Source: Nitrospirota bacterium (GTDB lineage: Bacteria > Nitrospirota > Nitrospiria > 2-01-FULL-66-17). Taken from it: a DNA stretch of 64,000 bases. The notes under the pieces are model-generated. The model was not told the DNA's origin. It saw nothing but the letters and a program-made list of their open reading frames with translations, and searched no databases. The stretch spans positions 52,926 through 116,925 of the forward strand of contig JBMOMC010000011.1 of the NCBI GenBank assembly GCA_049325335.1, read 5' to 3'. The first letter of the stretch is position 1. The number at the start of each line of letters is the position of its first letter. This document shows positions 35,276 to 45,447 of the stretch, one piece after another. The translations under genes were made by a program, and so were the position numbers.

Positions 35276-38200
35276 CCCCGCCGCTGGGCCTGGCCGGCCG
35301 GATCGCGCGCGCGTTCGTCACCTCGCGCCTCACGCCGTTGTCCATGATCGCCGTGCTGCTGCTGGGTGCGGTGGCCATCGCGGTCACCCCACGCGAAGAA
35401 GAGCCCCAAATCGTCGTGCCCATGGCCGACGTATTCATCCCGTTTCCCGGCGCCTCGGTCGGGGAAGTCGAACAACAATTGACCGGCCCCATTGAACGCA
35501 AGCTCTCCGAAATCCGGCGAGTGGAGTATGTGTACTCGATCTCGCGACCGGGGATGGCGCTGATTATCGTGCGCTTTCGCGTGGGCGAAGATCTGGAAAA
35601 GAGCCTGGTGGACCTCTACGACAAGCTGATGGCCAACCAGGATCTCATCCCAGCAGGCGCGGGGCCGTTCCAGGTCAAACCGCGCGACATCAACGACGTG
35701 CCGATCGTGGCCGTCACGTTGTGGAGCGAACGTTACGGCGACGACGAACTCCGCCGGGTGGCGGATCACGTGCTGGAAGAGATCAAGAAGGTGCCGCAGA
35801 CCTCGGGCGGGTTCATCGCGGGCGGCCGGTCGCGGCGGTTGAGGATCGAGCTGGATCCGTCGCGCCTGGCGGCGCACCAGCTCACGCCCCTGGACGTGGC
35901 TGATCGCGTGGCGGGTGCGAACCAGCAGCAAATCGTGGGACGGCTGCAGGCCGGCAATCGGGAACTCGCGGTCGAGGCCGGCGGCTTCTTGGGTTCGCGC
36001 GACGCGTTCGAGAGCATCGTTCTGGGGGCATCCCGAGATGGCGTGGTCCACCTCCGTGACGTGGCCACGGTCCGCGACGAGGCTGAAGACGTGACCCACT
36101 ACAGTTGGTTCGGGACCGGACCCGCGGCCAAGGCTCAGGAAGGGGCGGCTCCGGATACCGTGTTTCCCTCGGTGACCGTAGCCATCGCCAAGCAACCGGG
36201 CGCGAATGCGGTGAGTGTGGCCCGCGAGGTCATCGCCACGGTGGAGCGTCTTCGAGGCGTGGTGATTCCGTCCGAGATCCACGCCACCGTGACGCGCGAC
36301 TACGGAGCCACGGCCAATGAAAAGTCCAATGAGTTGCTGGAGCACCTGGTCATCGCGGTAGTGGCGGTCGTCGTGTTCCTCGGGTTCGCGCTCGGGGTCC
36401 GCGAAGCCGGGGTGGTGGCATTGGCCATCCCGCTCACGCTCGGCCTCACGCTCTTTGCGTCGCTGCTGATCGGGTACACCATCAACCGGGTGACCCTGTT
36501 CGCGTTGATCTTTGCCATCGGCATCCTGGTGGACGACGCGATCGTGGTGGTGGAAAATATCTACCGGCATCTGCGGTTGGGCCGCCAACCGCCGCTCCAG
36601 GCCGCCATCGCGGCCGTGGACGAGGTGGGCAATCCCACGATTCTCGCCACGTTCACGGTGATCGCGGCGTTGTTGCCCATGGCGTTCATCTCCGGCCTGA
36701 TGGGGCCGTACATGCGGCCGATCCCCATCAATGCGTCGATCGCCATGTTCGCGTCGCTGCTGGTGGCGTTCATTGTGGTGCCGTGGTTCTGCCGCGTCTG
36801 CCATCGTGAAGGCGCGCAGACCGGGCACTACGACGAAGGTTCGTCGGTCGGGGACGGTCCACTGTACCGGATCTATCAACGGGTGCTCACGCCCCTGATC
36901 GAGCGGCGCATGCTCCGTGGCGTGTTCTTTCTGGTGATCATCGGACTGTTGATCGGATCCGCGTGGCTGTTTGTAAACCGGTCCGTGGTCGCCAAGATGT
37001 TGCCCTTCGACAACAAGAGCGAGTTCGAGATCGTGGTCGACATGCCGGAAGGCACCACGCTGGAGACCACGGCCGACGCCGCGCGTGCCCTGGGCCGCTA
37101 CGTGGGCACGATCCCGGAGGTCACCAACTACCAAATCTACGTGGGCACACCCGCGCCGTTCAACTTCAACGGCCTGGTGCGCCACTACTTTTTGCGCGAG
37201 GAACCTCACCAAGCCGAGATCCAAGTCAACCTGGTTGGCAAACACGAACGCGCGGCCCAGAGCCACGACATCGCGCGGCGTATCCGGCCCGACGTGGAGC
37301 GCATCGCGCGAGCGCACGGAGCCGCAGTCAAACTCGTGGAAGTGCCGCCCGGCCCGCCCGTGCAGTCCGTCTTGGTGGCCGAGGTGTACGGACCGAACGA
37401 AACCGCGCGTCGCGGCGCGGCCGCCGGAGTGGTCAAGGCGTTCGCGGATGCGCCGGGCGTGGTGGACATCGACGACACGCTCGAAGTCGAGCGACCCAAA
37501 TTGGTGGTCGTGGTGGACCAAGGCAAGGCCGCGGCCAGCGGCGTGGCCACGTCGGACATTGTGCAGGCCTTGTCGCTCGCGGTCACCGGCGTGCCGGCCG
37601 GCCGCATGATCGACCCACGCGAGAAGGAACCGATCCCGGCGATCGTGCGACTGCCGTACGAAGCGCGCAGCGCCATGGACAGCTTGCTGAGCATGCGTCT
37701 GCGCGCAACGGGCGGCGGCATGGTGCCGATCTCCGAATTGGTCCGCGTGGAGCGCCCACTCGAAGAGCCGCCGCGCTACCACAAGAACCTGCGGCCCGTG
37801 GTCTACGTGACCGGCGACGTGGCGGGCCGCGAAGAAAGCCCGGTCTACGGCATGTTCGCGATCAACGAGCGCTTGGCCGCGCAACGTGCGCCCGACGGTT
37901 CGCCGCTCGAACTGCTCTACACCGCGCAACCGTCACGCGAAGATCGCGTGGCGGTCAAATGGGACGGGGAGTGGCAAATCACGTACGAAACCTTCCGCGA
38001 CATGGGCATCGCATTCGGCATCGCGTTGGTCCTGATCTACCTGCTCATCGTGGGCCAGTTCCAATCGTTCCTGATCCCCTTGGTGATCATGGCGCCGATC
38101 CCGCTTACGTTGGTGGGGGTGATTCCAGGCCACTGGCTCACCGGCTCGTACTTTACCGCCACCTCCATGATCGGCTTCATCGCGCTCGCGGGCATCGTGG

Positions 38201-38508
38201 TGCGCAACTCGATCCTGCTCGTGGATTTTATCCAGACCGAACAAGCAGCCGGCCGATCACTGACCGAAGCGGTCCTGCGCGCCGGGGCCATCCGCACGCG
38301 CCCTATTCTGCTCACCGCCGCCGCGTTGATCGTGGGTGCGTTCGTGATCATCCTGGACCCGATCTTTCAGGGCTTGGCGATTTCGCTGTTGTTCGGGGTG
38401 GTGGGATCCACGCTGTTGACGCTGGTCGTGATCCCGGTGTTGTACGTCACGCTGGCGGAGCTGACCGATTCAAAACGTCATGCCCAGGCTGATCCTAACG
38501 CGACGTAG
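35272..38508 (+). CDS. RND efflux permease (AcrB/AcrD/AcrF family)
   Basis: 1078 aa; PREEEPQIVVP, GILVDDAIVVVENI, GIVVRNSILLVDF and RTRPILLT motifs. Confidence 0.95.
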   Translation: MTPPLGLAGRIARAFVTSRLTPLSMIAVLLLGAVAIAVTPREEEPQIVVPMADVFIPFPGASVGEVEQQLTGPIERKLSEIRRVEYVYSISRPGMALIIVRFRVGEDLEKSLVDLYDKLMANQDLIPAGAGPFQVKPRDINDVPIVAVTLWSERYGDDELRRVADHVLEEIKKVPQTSGGFIAGGRSRRLRIELDPSRLAAHQLTPLDVADRVAGANQQQIVGRLQAGNRELAVEAGGFLGSRDAFESIVLGASRDGVVHLRDVATVRDEAEDVTHYSWFGTGPAAKAQEGAAPDTVFPSVTVAIAKQPGANAVSVAREVIATVERLRGVVIPSEIHATVTRDYGATANEKSNELLEHLVIAVVAVVVFLGFALGVREAGVVALAIPLTLGLTLFASLLIGYTINRVTLFALIFAIGILVDDAIVVVENIYRHLRLGRQPPLQAAIAAVDEVGNPTILATFTVIAALLPMAFISGLMGPYMRPIPINASIAMFASLLVAFIVVPWFCRVCHREGAQTGHYDEGSSVGDGPLYRIYQRVLTPLIERRMLRGVFFLVIIGLLIGSAWLFVNRSVVAKMLPFDNKSEFEIVVDMPEGTTLETTADAARALGRYVGTIPEVTNYQIYVGTPAPFNFNGLVRHYFLREEPHQAEIQVNLVGKHERAAQSHDIARRIRPDVERIARAHGAAVKLVEVPPGPPVQSVLVAEVYGPNETARRGAAAGVVKAFADAPGVVDIDDTLEVERPKLVVVVDQGKAAASGVATSDIVQALSLAVTGVPAGRMIDPREKEPIPAIVRLPYEARSAMDSLLSMRLRATGGGMVPISELVRVERPLEEPPRYHKNLRPVVYVTGDVAGREESPVYGMFAINERLAAQRAPDGSPLELLYTAQPSREDRVAVKWDGEWQITYETFRDMGIAFGIALVLIYLLIVGQFQSFLIPLVIMAPIPLTLVGVIPGHWLTGSYFTATSMIGFIALAGIVVRNSILLVDFIQTEQAAGRSLTEAVLRAGAIRTRPILLTAAALIVGAFVIILDPIFQGLAISLLFGVVGSTLLTLVVIPVLYVTLAELTDSKRHAQADPNAT

Positions 38509-38549
38509 TCCCGCTTCCGATTCATCGCCATTTTGGGGGGGCTGACGTC

Positions 38550-38578
38550 TTGACACCATAGTTCACGCCGGATAGTAT
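38550..38578 (+). promoter_or_regulatory. Sigma70 promoter TTGACA-N17-TAGTAT
   Basis: Near-consensus boxes with a 17-nt spacer upstream of the GGDEF/EAL gene. Confidence 0.7.
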
Positions 38579-38792
38579 CCGGCCATTCGCTGGGAGTTTC
38601 CGTGATGGCCCGACGCGTTTGCCTCGAGGCTCCACCGGTTTCCCGCACCCCCATCCGATTGCGGACGTATCCGCGGTCACGTTGTTTCGATCACATGGTG
38701 TTTCGCGACGGTCTTTGCCATGCGGGTGGATATCGCCCGTTCAATCGACGCCGTCCCTGCGTGACGCAGTCGCGTCGAACGCATACGGTCTG

Positions 38793-40913
38793 ATGGGCGA
38801 GTCAACTGGCAAACCGCTGAGGGTGTTGATCGTGGATGATTCCGACGACGATGCCCTGCTGATCCTGCGGGAGCTCCGGCGTGGCGGGTACGAGCCCGCG
38901 CACCAGCGCGTGGACACGGCGTCGGCGTTGGAAACCGCGCTGGACGCGCAGCCGTGGGACGTGATCTTGAGCGACTACACCATGCCGTCGTTCAGCGGCG
39001 CGGAAGCGCTCGCCCAGGTGCGGGCGCGGGGGGACGACGTCCCCTTTCTCTTCGTGTCGGGCACGATCGGCGAGGAGTTCGCGGTGTCGGCGGTTCGGGC
39101 CGGCGCGAATGATTACATCCTCAAGAAGAGCCTGAAGCGACTCCCGTTAGCCGTGGACCGGGAACTCTCGGACGCGGAATCCCGCCGCGGGTACGCGCGC
39201 GTCAAAGACGACTACCGGGCCAGCGAAGCGCGCTTCCGCAATATCCTGCGGTTGGCGGCCGACGCCGTCATTTTAGTGGACGAGGCGCACCGGATCATGG
39301 TGTTCAACCAAGGCGCGGAAACCATATTCGGGTACACGGCGGCGGAGGCCACGGGGCAGTTGATGGACGTCTTGCTCCCGGAGCGGTACGCAGCGGTGCA
39401 TCGTCGGTACCTCCAGGATCTGGCGCTCGCACCGGAGATGTCCCAGCGCATGGGGCATCGCGGCGAGTTGTACGGCCGTCGGAAAGACGGATCCGAGTTT
39501 CCCGTGGAAACCAGCGTCTCTAAACTCATCGAAAACGGGCGAATCGCGTTTACGATCATTCTCCGCGACGTGACCGAACGCAAAGAAGCCGAGGAACGCA
39601 TGCACTTTCTGGCGCACTTCGACGCGCTTACAGTGCTGCCCAATCGAGTGCTGTTCCAGGACCGCCTCACGCAGAACGCCATCAACGCGTCGCGCCACAA
39701 TCGGATCGTGGGCGTGATGTTCATTGACCTGGATCGGTTCAAACCGATCAACGACACCTTGGGGCACGCCGTGGGCGACCTGTTGCTCAAGGCCGTGGCG
39801 GATCGCTTGATCTCCTGCGTGCGCGAAGGCGATACCGTGGCGCGACTCGGGGGCGATGAGTTTGCGATCATCTTGGCCGACATGGCGCAGCCCGACGACG
39901 CGGCGGGCCTCGCGCGCAAGATCCTCAGCGAATTTTCTCGCCCCTTTGCCGCGGGGTCTCACGCCTTGTCGATCACGGCCAGTATCGGCATCACCCTGTA
40001 TCCCACCGACGATGAGCGCGTCGATCGTCTCCTGGAAAATGCGGACGCCGCGATGTACCGCGCCAAGGAACTGGGGAAAAACGCGTACCAGTTCTACACC
40101 GCGGAGATGAACGTCGCCGCGGTGGCCCGGCTCGACGTGGAACAACATCTGCGTCACGCGTTGGAGCGGCGGGAATTCGTGTTGCACTACCAACCGCTGG
40201 TGGATTTGGCCACGCGTCGGATCATCGGGGTCGAGGCGCTGATTCGCTGGATGCGGGCGGATCGGGGCATGGTGCCGCCGGCGGAGTTTATCCCGGTCGC
40301 CGAAGACATGGGGTTGATCAACGTGATCGGCGAGTGGGTGTTGCACGCCGCCTGTACGCAAGCCAAGATCTGGCTTGATGCGGGCCTCGCGCCGATGCGG
40401 GTGGCGATCAACGTCTCCGCGACGCAATTTCGCCGCCCCGATTTCGCGGCCGCGGTCACGCGGGCGCTGTCGGAGACCGGGTTGCCGCCGAGATGGTTGG
40501 CGCTGGATCTGACGGAACACCTTTTGATGGCGCCCGATCAGGCGGTGACCGACCACCTTGCGTCATTACACGCCGACGGGATTTCGATCTCCATCGACGA
40601 CTTCGGCACCGGGTATTCCTCCTTAGCCAACATCAAACGTTTCCCGATCGACGCGCTGAAGATCGACCGTACGTTCGTGCGTGACCTTCCCGAGGGCGCG
40701 GACCACGCGGCGATTGCGGGCGCCATCGTCTCCATCGCGCGCGACCTTACGCTGCGGGTCGTGGCCGAAGGGGTGGAAACCGAAGCCCAAGCCATGTTCC
40801 TCCGGGCGATCGGGTGCGACGCCGCGCAAGGATTTCTCTTCAGCCGCCCGCTTCCGGCCGACGCTATCGAACCGCATCTGATGGTGGGGCGTATCCGCGG
40901 CCCCATGCCGTGA
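38793..40913 (+). CDS. REC-PAS-GGDEF-EAL diguanylate cyclase/phosphodiesterase
   Basis: Receiver LIVDD..LSDYTMP; PAS domain; RLGGDEF; EALIRW, DDFGTGYSS and AEGVE. Confidence 0.95.
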   Translation: MGESTGKPLRVLIVDDSDDDALLILRELRRGGYEPAHQRVDTASALETALDAQPWDVILSDYTMPSFSGAEALAQVRARGDDVPFLFVSGTIGEEFAVSAVRAGANDYILKKSLKRLPLAVDRELSDAESRRGYARVKDDYRASEARFRNILRLAADAVILVDEAHRIMVFNQGAETIFGYTAAEATGQLMDVLLPERYAAVHRRYLQDLALAPEMSQRMGHRGELYGRRKDGSEFPVETSVSKLIENGRIAFTIILRDVTERKEAEERMHFLAHFDALTVLPNRVLFQDRLTQNAINASRHNRIVGVMFIDLDRFKPINDTLGHAVGDLLLKAVADRLISCVREGDTVARLGGDEFAIILADMAQPDDAAGLARKILSEFSRPFAAGSHALSITASIGITLYPTDDERVDRLLENADAAMYRAKELGKNAYQFYTAEMNVAAVARLDVEQHLRHALERREFVLHYQPLVDLATRRIIGVEALIRWMRADRGMVPPAEFIPVAEDMGLINVIGEWVLHAACTQAKIWLDAGLAPMRVAINVSATQFRRPDFAAAVTRALSETGLPPRWLALDLTEHLLMAPDQAVTDHLASLHADGISISIDDFGTGYSSLANIKRFPIDALKIDRTFVRDLPEGADHAAIAGAIVSIARDLTLRVVAEGVETEAQAMFLRAIGCDAAQGFLFSRPLPADAIEPHLMVGRIRGPMP

Positions 40914-41007
40914 GGATGGAGAACCGTGGGAACCATGTGAGCCATCACGCGGCCCGACGGGCGACGAGCCGGTCGGGATAATCACCTCCGGGGAAAGGCG
41001 AGTGGGG

Positions 41008-42171
41008 ATGGATGACCGACTCTCCGTAACAGTGCGTGAATTACGTTCGATCGCCGATGGGGTCACGCGCGAGCACATCGCGCCGCGCAGCCGACAGGTC
41101 GATGCGGAATCCGCCTGGCCCGAACACGCCATGCGCGCCTTGGCCAAGGGGGGCCTGTTGGGCCTGCACGTTCCCAAGCGGTTGGGCGGTCACGAGCAGG
41201 GGTTGCTCGCGCTGGCGGTTATCAGCGAAACGATTGCGCGCGGGTGCGCCTCCTCCGCCATGTGTTACGCCATGCACTGCGTGGGCACCGCGGTCATCGC
41301 GGCCAAGGCCACACCGTATCACGAAGACCGGTACCTACGCCCGATCGCCGACGGCCGCCACGTCACCACCCTCGCCCTCTCGGAGGCCGACACCGGCATC
41401 CATTTTTATCTGCCGCGGACGGACCTCGAACGTCGGGGAGACGCGTATGTGGTCCGCGGCGCCAAGCAGTTCGTGACCAACGGCGGGTATGCCGACTCCT
41501 ACGTGGTGTCCACCAAAGCCAGCGCGCCGAACGCGGAGCCCGGGGAGTTCAGTTGTTTGGTTGTGGATGCGGGGGCACCGGGCATGACGTGGCTCGAACC
41601 CTGGAATGGTTTTGGTATGCGTGGGAATTCGTCGCGCGCGCTGCAACTCGACCAAGTCCGCGTCCCGGCGGACAACTTGCTGGGTCGGGAGGGGGACCAG
41701 ATCTGGTTCGTGTTTGAAGTCGTGGCCCCGTATTTTCTCATGGCCATGGCCGGCGTGTATGTCGGCGTATCGCTGGCTGCGCTTGATCTCGTATTTGACC
41801 ACTTGCGGAATCGGCGCTACGCGCACGCGGGCAGCACATTAGCCAACACGGAGGTGTTGCAGTATAAGGCGGCGGAACTCTGGATCGCGGTCGAGCGAAC
41901 GCGTGCCCTGGTCTACCACGCCGCGCGTCTGGGGGACATGGGTGATCCGACCGCCACCGCGGCCATCATGGCGGCGAAGGCCGACGCCGGGGACATGGCG
42001 GTATGGGTCGCCAACGAAGCCATGACCCGCTGCGGTGGCGCGGCATACCGGGAAAACGGCCCGCTGGCGCGGTTGCTGCGGGACGCCCGGGCGAGTCACG
42101 TCATGGCGCCTACCACTGATATTCTCAAAGTGTGGCTGGGGCGTTCCTTGTTGGGGTTGCCGCTCCTGTAA
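41008..42171 (+). CDS. Acyl-CoA dehydrogenase-like flavoprotein with an atypical active site
   Basis: TLALSEADTG, GAKQFVTNG, GMRGNSS and RLLRDARASHVMAPT motifs. Confidence 0.85.
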   Translation: MDDRLSVTVRELRSIADGVTREHIAPRSRQVDAESAWPEHAMRALAKGGLLGLHVPKRLGGHEQGLLALAVISETIARGCASSAMCYAMHCVGTAVIAAKATPYHEDRYLRPIADGRHVTTLALSEADTGIHFYLPRTDLERRGDAYVVRGAKQFVTNGGYADSYVVSTKASAPNAEPGEFSCLVVDAGAPGMTWLEPWNGFGMRGNSSRALQLDQVRVPADNLLGREGDQIWFVFEVVAPYFLMAMAGVYVGVSLAALDLVFDHLRNRRYAHAGSTLANTEVLQYKAAELWIAVERTRALVYHAARLGDMGDPTATAAIMAAKADAGDMAVWVANEAMTRCGGAAYRENGPLARLLRDARASHVMAPTTDILKVWLGRSLLGLPLL

Positions 42172-42208
42172 TTCGGCGGACGAGGTTCCGCGCAATGGAG
42201 TTTACTCG

Positions 42209-44224
42209 ATGGCTACACCCGCGTTGCTGATCGACGCCGATCCATCAAGCGACGGCCTCGTCCAAGCGCTGCGTCGCGCGGCGCCCGAGTTGGAGTTGGA
42301 CGTTCAGCACGTCCTGGACGTTGAGGCCGTGGTGGAGGACCTCACGCAACGCGGCCAGGCCGGGGCCTCGCCGCTCCTGATTCTGCTGGGCCCACACCTC
42401 AAGAACCCGGTGGCGTCCGCTCGGCGGATGCACCGGGCTTCGCCGCTCTCGTACCTCGTGTTCATGACCGATCCGGACCACGCGGCCGAGCTTCGATGCT
42501 CGCTCTCCTCGGTCGCCATGATCGGCGCCGAGTGGCGCGTCACCGGACTCGGAGCCGACGACTTGGGCGATGCGTTGCGGGGCGCCGCGCAGTCGACGCA
42601 ACAACGCCGACACCTACGAATCACACACGAGCGCATTAATGCGCAACTCATGTTGCGGCGGGCCTCCGGCGCCGAAGCGAGTCGCCAGACCATTTCCGAC
42701 CGGTTCTTGGCCAGCGTCTTGGAGCATGCGTACGACGCGATCATCGCCACCGACACGGCGGGTGTCATCACCACTTGGAACCGCGCCGCCGGCCGGTTGT
42801 TCGGATTGTCCGAACGCGAGGCGTTGGGGCAGTCGATCGAAACGGTGGCGCTCGGCGAGTGGGGCGACCAGGTTCCGCATCTAATTGAAGACCTGCTGGC
42901 ATGGCGGGTGTCCCAGGGGGCGCGCGAGCTGCGGTGCCGACGCGTCGATAAGACCATCATCGAGGTCGAACTCGTTTTGACGCCGGTCCACGATGAATCG
43001 GGGCTGCCGATCGGGATCTCGGCGATCGTGCGGGATATCACGGCGCGTAAACGAGGCGAGCAGGCGCTCCTGCAGAGCGAACAGCGCGTTCGGTTGATTG
43101 TGGATTCCGCGTTGGACGCCGTTGTCACCATCAACGCACACGGAAACGTGACTGGATGGAATCCACAAGCCCAAGCCATCTTTGAATGGCGGCGCGACGA
43201 GGCTATCGGCCGACCGTTGGCGGACCTGGTTATTCCGGAGCACTCCCGAGACGCCCACCGTGCCGGGCTTCAGCGGTTTCTCGCCACGGGCGAGGGCCGT
43301 GTGTTGAACAAACGTCTGGAGCTGACCGCGTTGCGCAAGGGGGGCGAAGAATTTCCGATTGAACTGACGATTGCGCCGCTGGAACTGAGCGATTACTACG
43401 AATTCAGCGCGTTCATCCGCGACATCACCGAACGCAAACGGTTGGAAGACGCGCTAAAACGTTTGACCCAGGAGTTGGAACATCGGGTGGAGGAACGCAC
43501 CGCGCAGTTGGCGCGCTCCAACGAGGCGCTGGAACGCAGCAATTTGGAGTTGACCCGTTTCGCGTACGTCGCGTCGCACGATCTTCAGTCGCCATTGCGC
43601 TCGATTAGCGGCTTCGCTCAATTGATCAAACAGGACTATCAGGGACGGCTCGGCGCGGAGGCCGATGTGTGGATCAGCCGGGTGGTCGAGAACACGAACC
43701 GGATGCAAACCCTGATTGCGGATTTACTGTCGTATTCGAGGGTGGATTCCGCTGCGCACCCGCTGAGACCGACCGATTTCCGAGCCGTGTTTAAGGACGC
43801 CGTCGCCTCGCTCGATGCCGCCATTGTCGACAGCGGCGCCCAGGTGACCTGCGGCGAACTGCCCACCGTACTGGGGGATACCTCGCAATTGGTGCAACTG
43901 CTGCAAAACCTGATCGACAACGCCGTCAAATACCACGGGACTGATCCGCCCAGGGTTCACGTCGAGGCCCGCGCGCAGGGCGACGAATGGCTCTTTTCGG
44001 TTCGAGACAACGGCATCGGAATCGAGCCCAAACACACGGAACGTATTTTCGAAGTTTTCCAACGGTTGCATACCCACCAAGCCTACCCCGGAACCGGGAT
44101 CGGCCTGGCCGTCTGCCGCCGCGTCGTTCATCGCCACGGCGGACGAATTTGGGTCGACTCACAACCAGGGCATGGGAGCGTGTTCTACTTCACGATTCCA
44201 GTACCCAGGGAGACCACGATATGA
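42209..44224 (+). CDS. Cytoplasmic histidine kinase: degenerate receiver-like N-domain, 2 PAS, HisKA, HATPase
   Basis: FAYVASHDLQSPL, NLIDNAVKY, DNGIG, FQRLH and GTGIGL motifs; no TM segment. Confidence 0.93.
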   Translation: MATPALLIDADPSSDGLVQALRRAAPELELDVQHVLDVEAVVEDLTQRGQAGASPLLILLGPHLKNPVASARRMHRASPLSYLVFMTDPDHAAELRCSLSSVAMIGAEWRVTGLGADDLGDALRGAAQSTQQRRHLRITHERINAQLMLRRASGAEASRQTISDRFLASVLEHAYDAIIATDTAGVITTWNRAAGRLFGLSEREALGQSIETVALGEWGDQVPHLIEDLLAWRVSQGARELRCRRVDKTIIEVELVLTPVHDESGLPIGISAIVRDITARKRGEQALLQSEQRVRLIVDSALDAVVTINAHGNVTGWNPQAQAIFEWRRDEAIGRPLADLVIPEHSRDAHRAGLQRFLATGEGRVLNKRLELTALRKGGEEFPIELTIAPLELSDYYEFSAFIRDITERKRLEDALKRLTQELEHRVEERTAQLARSNEALERSNLELTRFAYVASHDLQSPLRSISGFAQLIKQDYQGRLGAEADVWISRVVENTNRMQTLIADLLSYSRVDSAAHPLRPTDFRAVFKDAVASLDAAIVDSGAQVTCGELPTVLGDTSQLVQLLQNLIDNAVKYHGTDPPRVHVEARAQGDEWLFSVRDNGIGIEPKHTERIFEVFQRLHTHQAYPGTGIGLAVCRRVVHRHGGRIWVDSQPGHGSVFYFTIPVPRETTI

Positions 44225-44721
44225 ACGACCGGCTCGCGGACGGCAAGCCAGCGGAAATTCTCCTCGTCGAAGACAATGCCGACGACGTGTTGCTCACCCG
44301 TCAAGGATTTAAACGCGCCAAGTTCTTGGTGAATTTACACCACGTTGAAAACGGTGAGGAGTGTATGGCGTTCTTGCGCAAGCAGGGGCAATACGCCAAC
44401 GCGCCCACGCCGGACATTATCCTGCTCGATCTGAATATGCCGGTGATGGATGGCCGCGAAGTGCTCACCGCGATGGTGGCGGATACGAACCTGAGCCACC
44501 TGCCGGTGGTCGTGTTAACCACGTCGTCCAACGATCAGGATATTCTCAAAATGTACAAACTGCGGTGCAGTTCGTACATTGTCAAACCGGTGGACTTCGA
44601 CCAGTTTCAACACGTTATCCAAGGCATCAGCGACTATTGGTTTACCTTGGTCGTCCTGCCCGACCAGCATGAGCGAAGCGGACTCACGCGTTCAGCGCGG
44701 ACTGGCTCTCCATCAGCTTAG
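44221..44721 (+). CDS. Single-domain response regulator (Rcp1-like)
   Basis: ILLVEDN, LLDLNMP, VVVLTTS and YIVKPVD motifs; ATGA overlap with the kinase. Confidence 0.92.
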   Translation: MNDRLADGKPAEILLVEDNADDVLLTRQGFKRAKFLVNLHHVENGEECMAFLRKQGQYANAPTPDIILLDLNMPVMDGREVLTAMVADTNLSHLPVVVLTTSSNDQDILKMYKLRCSSYIVKPVDFDQFQHVIQGISDYWFTLVVLPDQHERSGLTRSARTGSPSA

Positions 44722-44886
44722 CAGGTGCTGCGCCTCTTGATCCACTGGCGCCGACGCGGTCTACCTGGGGGGGTGACCATCCGGTGGCCCCTCGGTCTTT
44801 ACTGGCCATACAAGGCCGTGTTATAAGCGCGCCATGACGCAGGCTCCCGTACCACCTCAGGTCGCGCGCGGTTCCTGGAAGGCTGA

Positions 44887-45432
44887 GTGCTCCTGACGCC
44901 GGACAAGCAGCAATACTACATGGGGATCGCGTTCGCGGTCCGCAAACGCGCCAATTGCGTGGGCCGGAAAGTCGGTTCGTTGTTGGTGGTAGAGAATCGG
45001 ATTATTTCCACCGGCTATAACGGCACGCCCGAGGGCCTGACCAACTGCAACGACGGGGGGTGCCACCGTTGCGCCAATCGAGAGTCCTACCAGTCCAGCG
45101 TGGGGTACGACGTGTGTATCTGCGTGCACGCGGAGCAGAACACGTTGCTGTCGGCCGCGCGGTTTGGGATCGCGGTGTCCGGCGCCGCGACGTTCACCAC
45201 GCTCAAGCCGTGTTTCGGGTGCGCCAAGGAATTGTTCCAGGCCAATGTGCGCACGCTCTACTACCTTGACGAATGGGTCTATCCCGGTCGGGAGCTTCAG
45301 GAGCAATACACCGAACTCTTGGGGCGGTTCCAAGTAGTCCACGTCAAGGTGGCGGACCCGGAGGCCGAGTGGGCCAAGGGCGTCGGGATAACGCCGTCAA
45401 GCGTGGACGATCTGGGGCACCAGCAGTTGTAG
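44887..45432 (+). CDS. dCMP deaminase family protein
   Basis: TGYNGTP, CVHAEQN and PCFGC zinc-binding motifs. Confidence 0.9.
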   Translation: MLLTPDKQQYYMGIAFAVRKRANCVGRKVGSLLVVENRIISTGYNGTPEGLTNCNDGGCHRCANRESYQSSVGYDVCICVHAEQNTLLSAARFGIAVSGAATFTTLKPCFGCAKELFQANVRTLYYLDEWVYPGRELQEQYTELLGRFQVVHVKVADPEAEWAKGVGITPSSVDDLGHQQL

Positions 45433-45447
45433 TCGGGCGAGGGTAGG

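Noticed and set aside
35107..38492. Long alternative ORFs (940 aa on minus, 509 aa on plus) over the RND gene, and similar shadow ORFs elsewhere
   Set aside because: Typical high-GC antisense or off-frame shadows of real genes, with no recognisable motifs
44887..45432. Deaminase as an anti-phage dCTP deaminase
   Set aside because: It is a short stand-alone dCMP deaminase without the kinase-like domain, and there is no defence-island context
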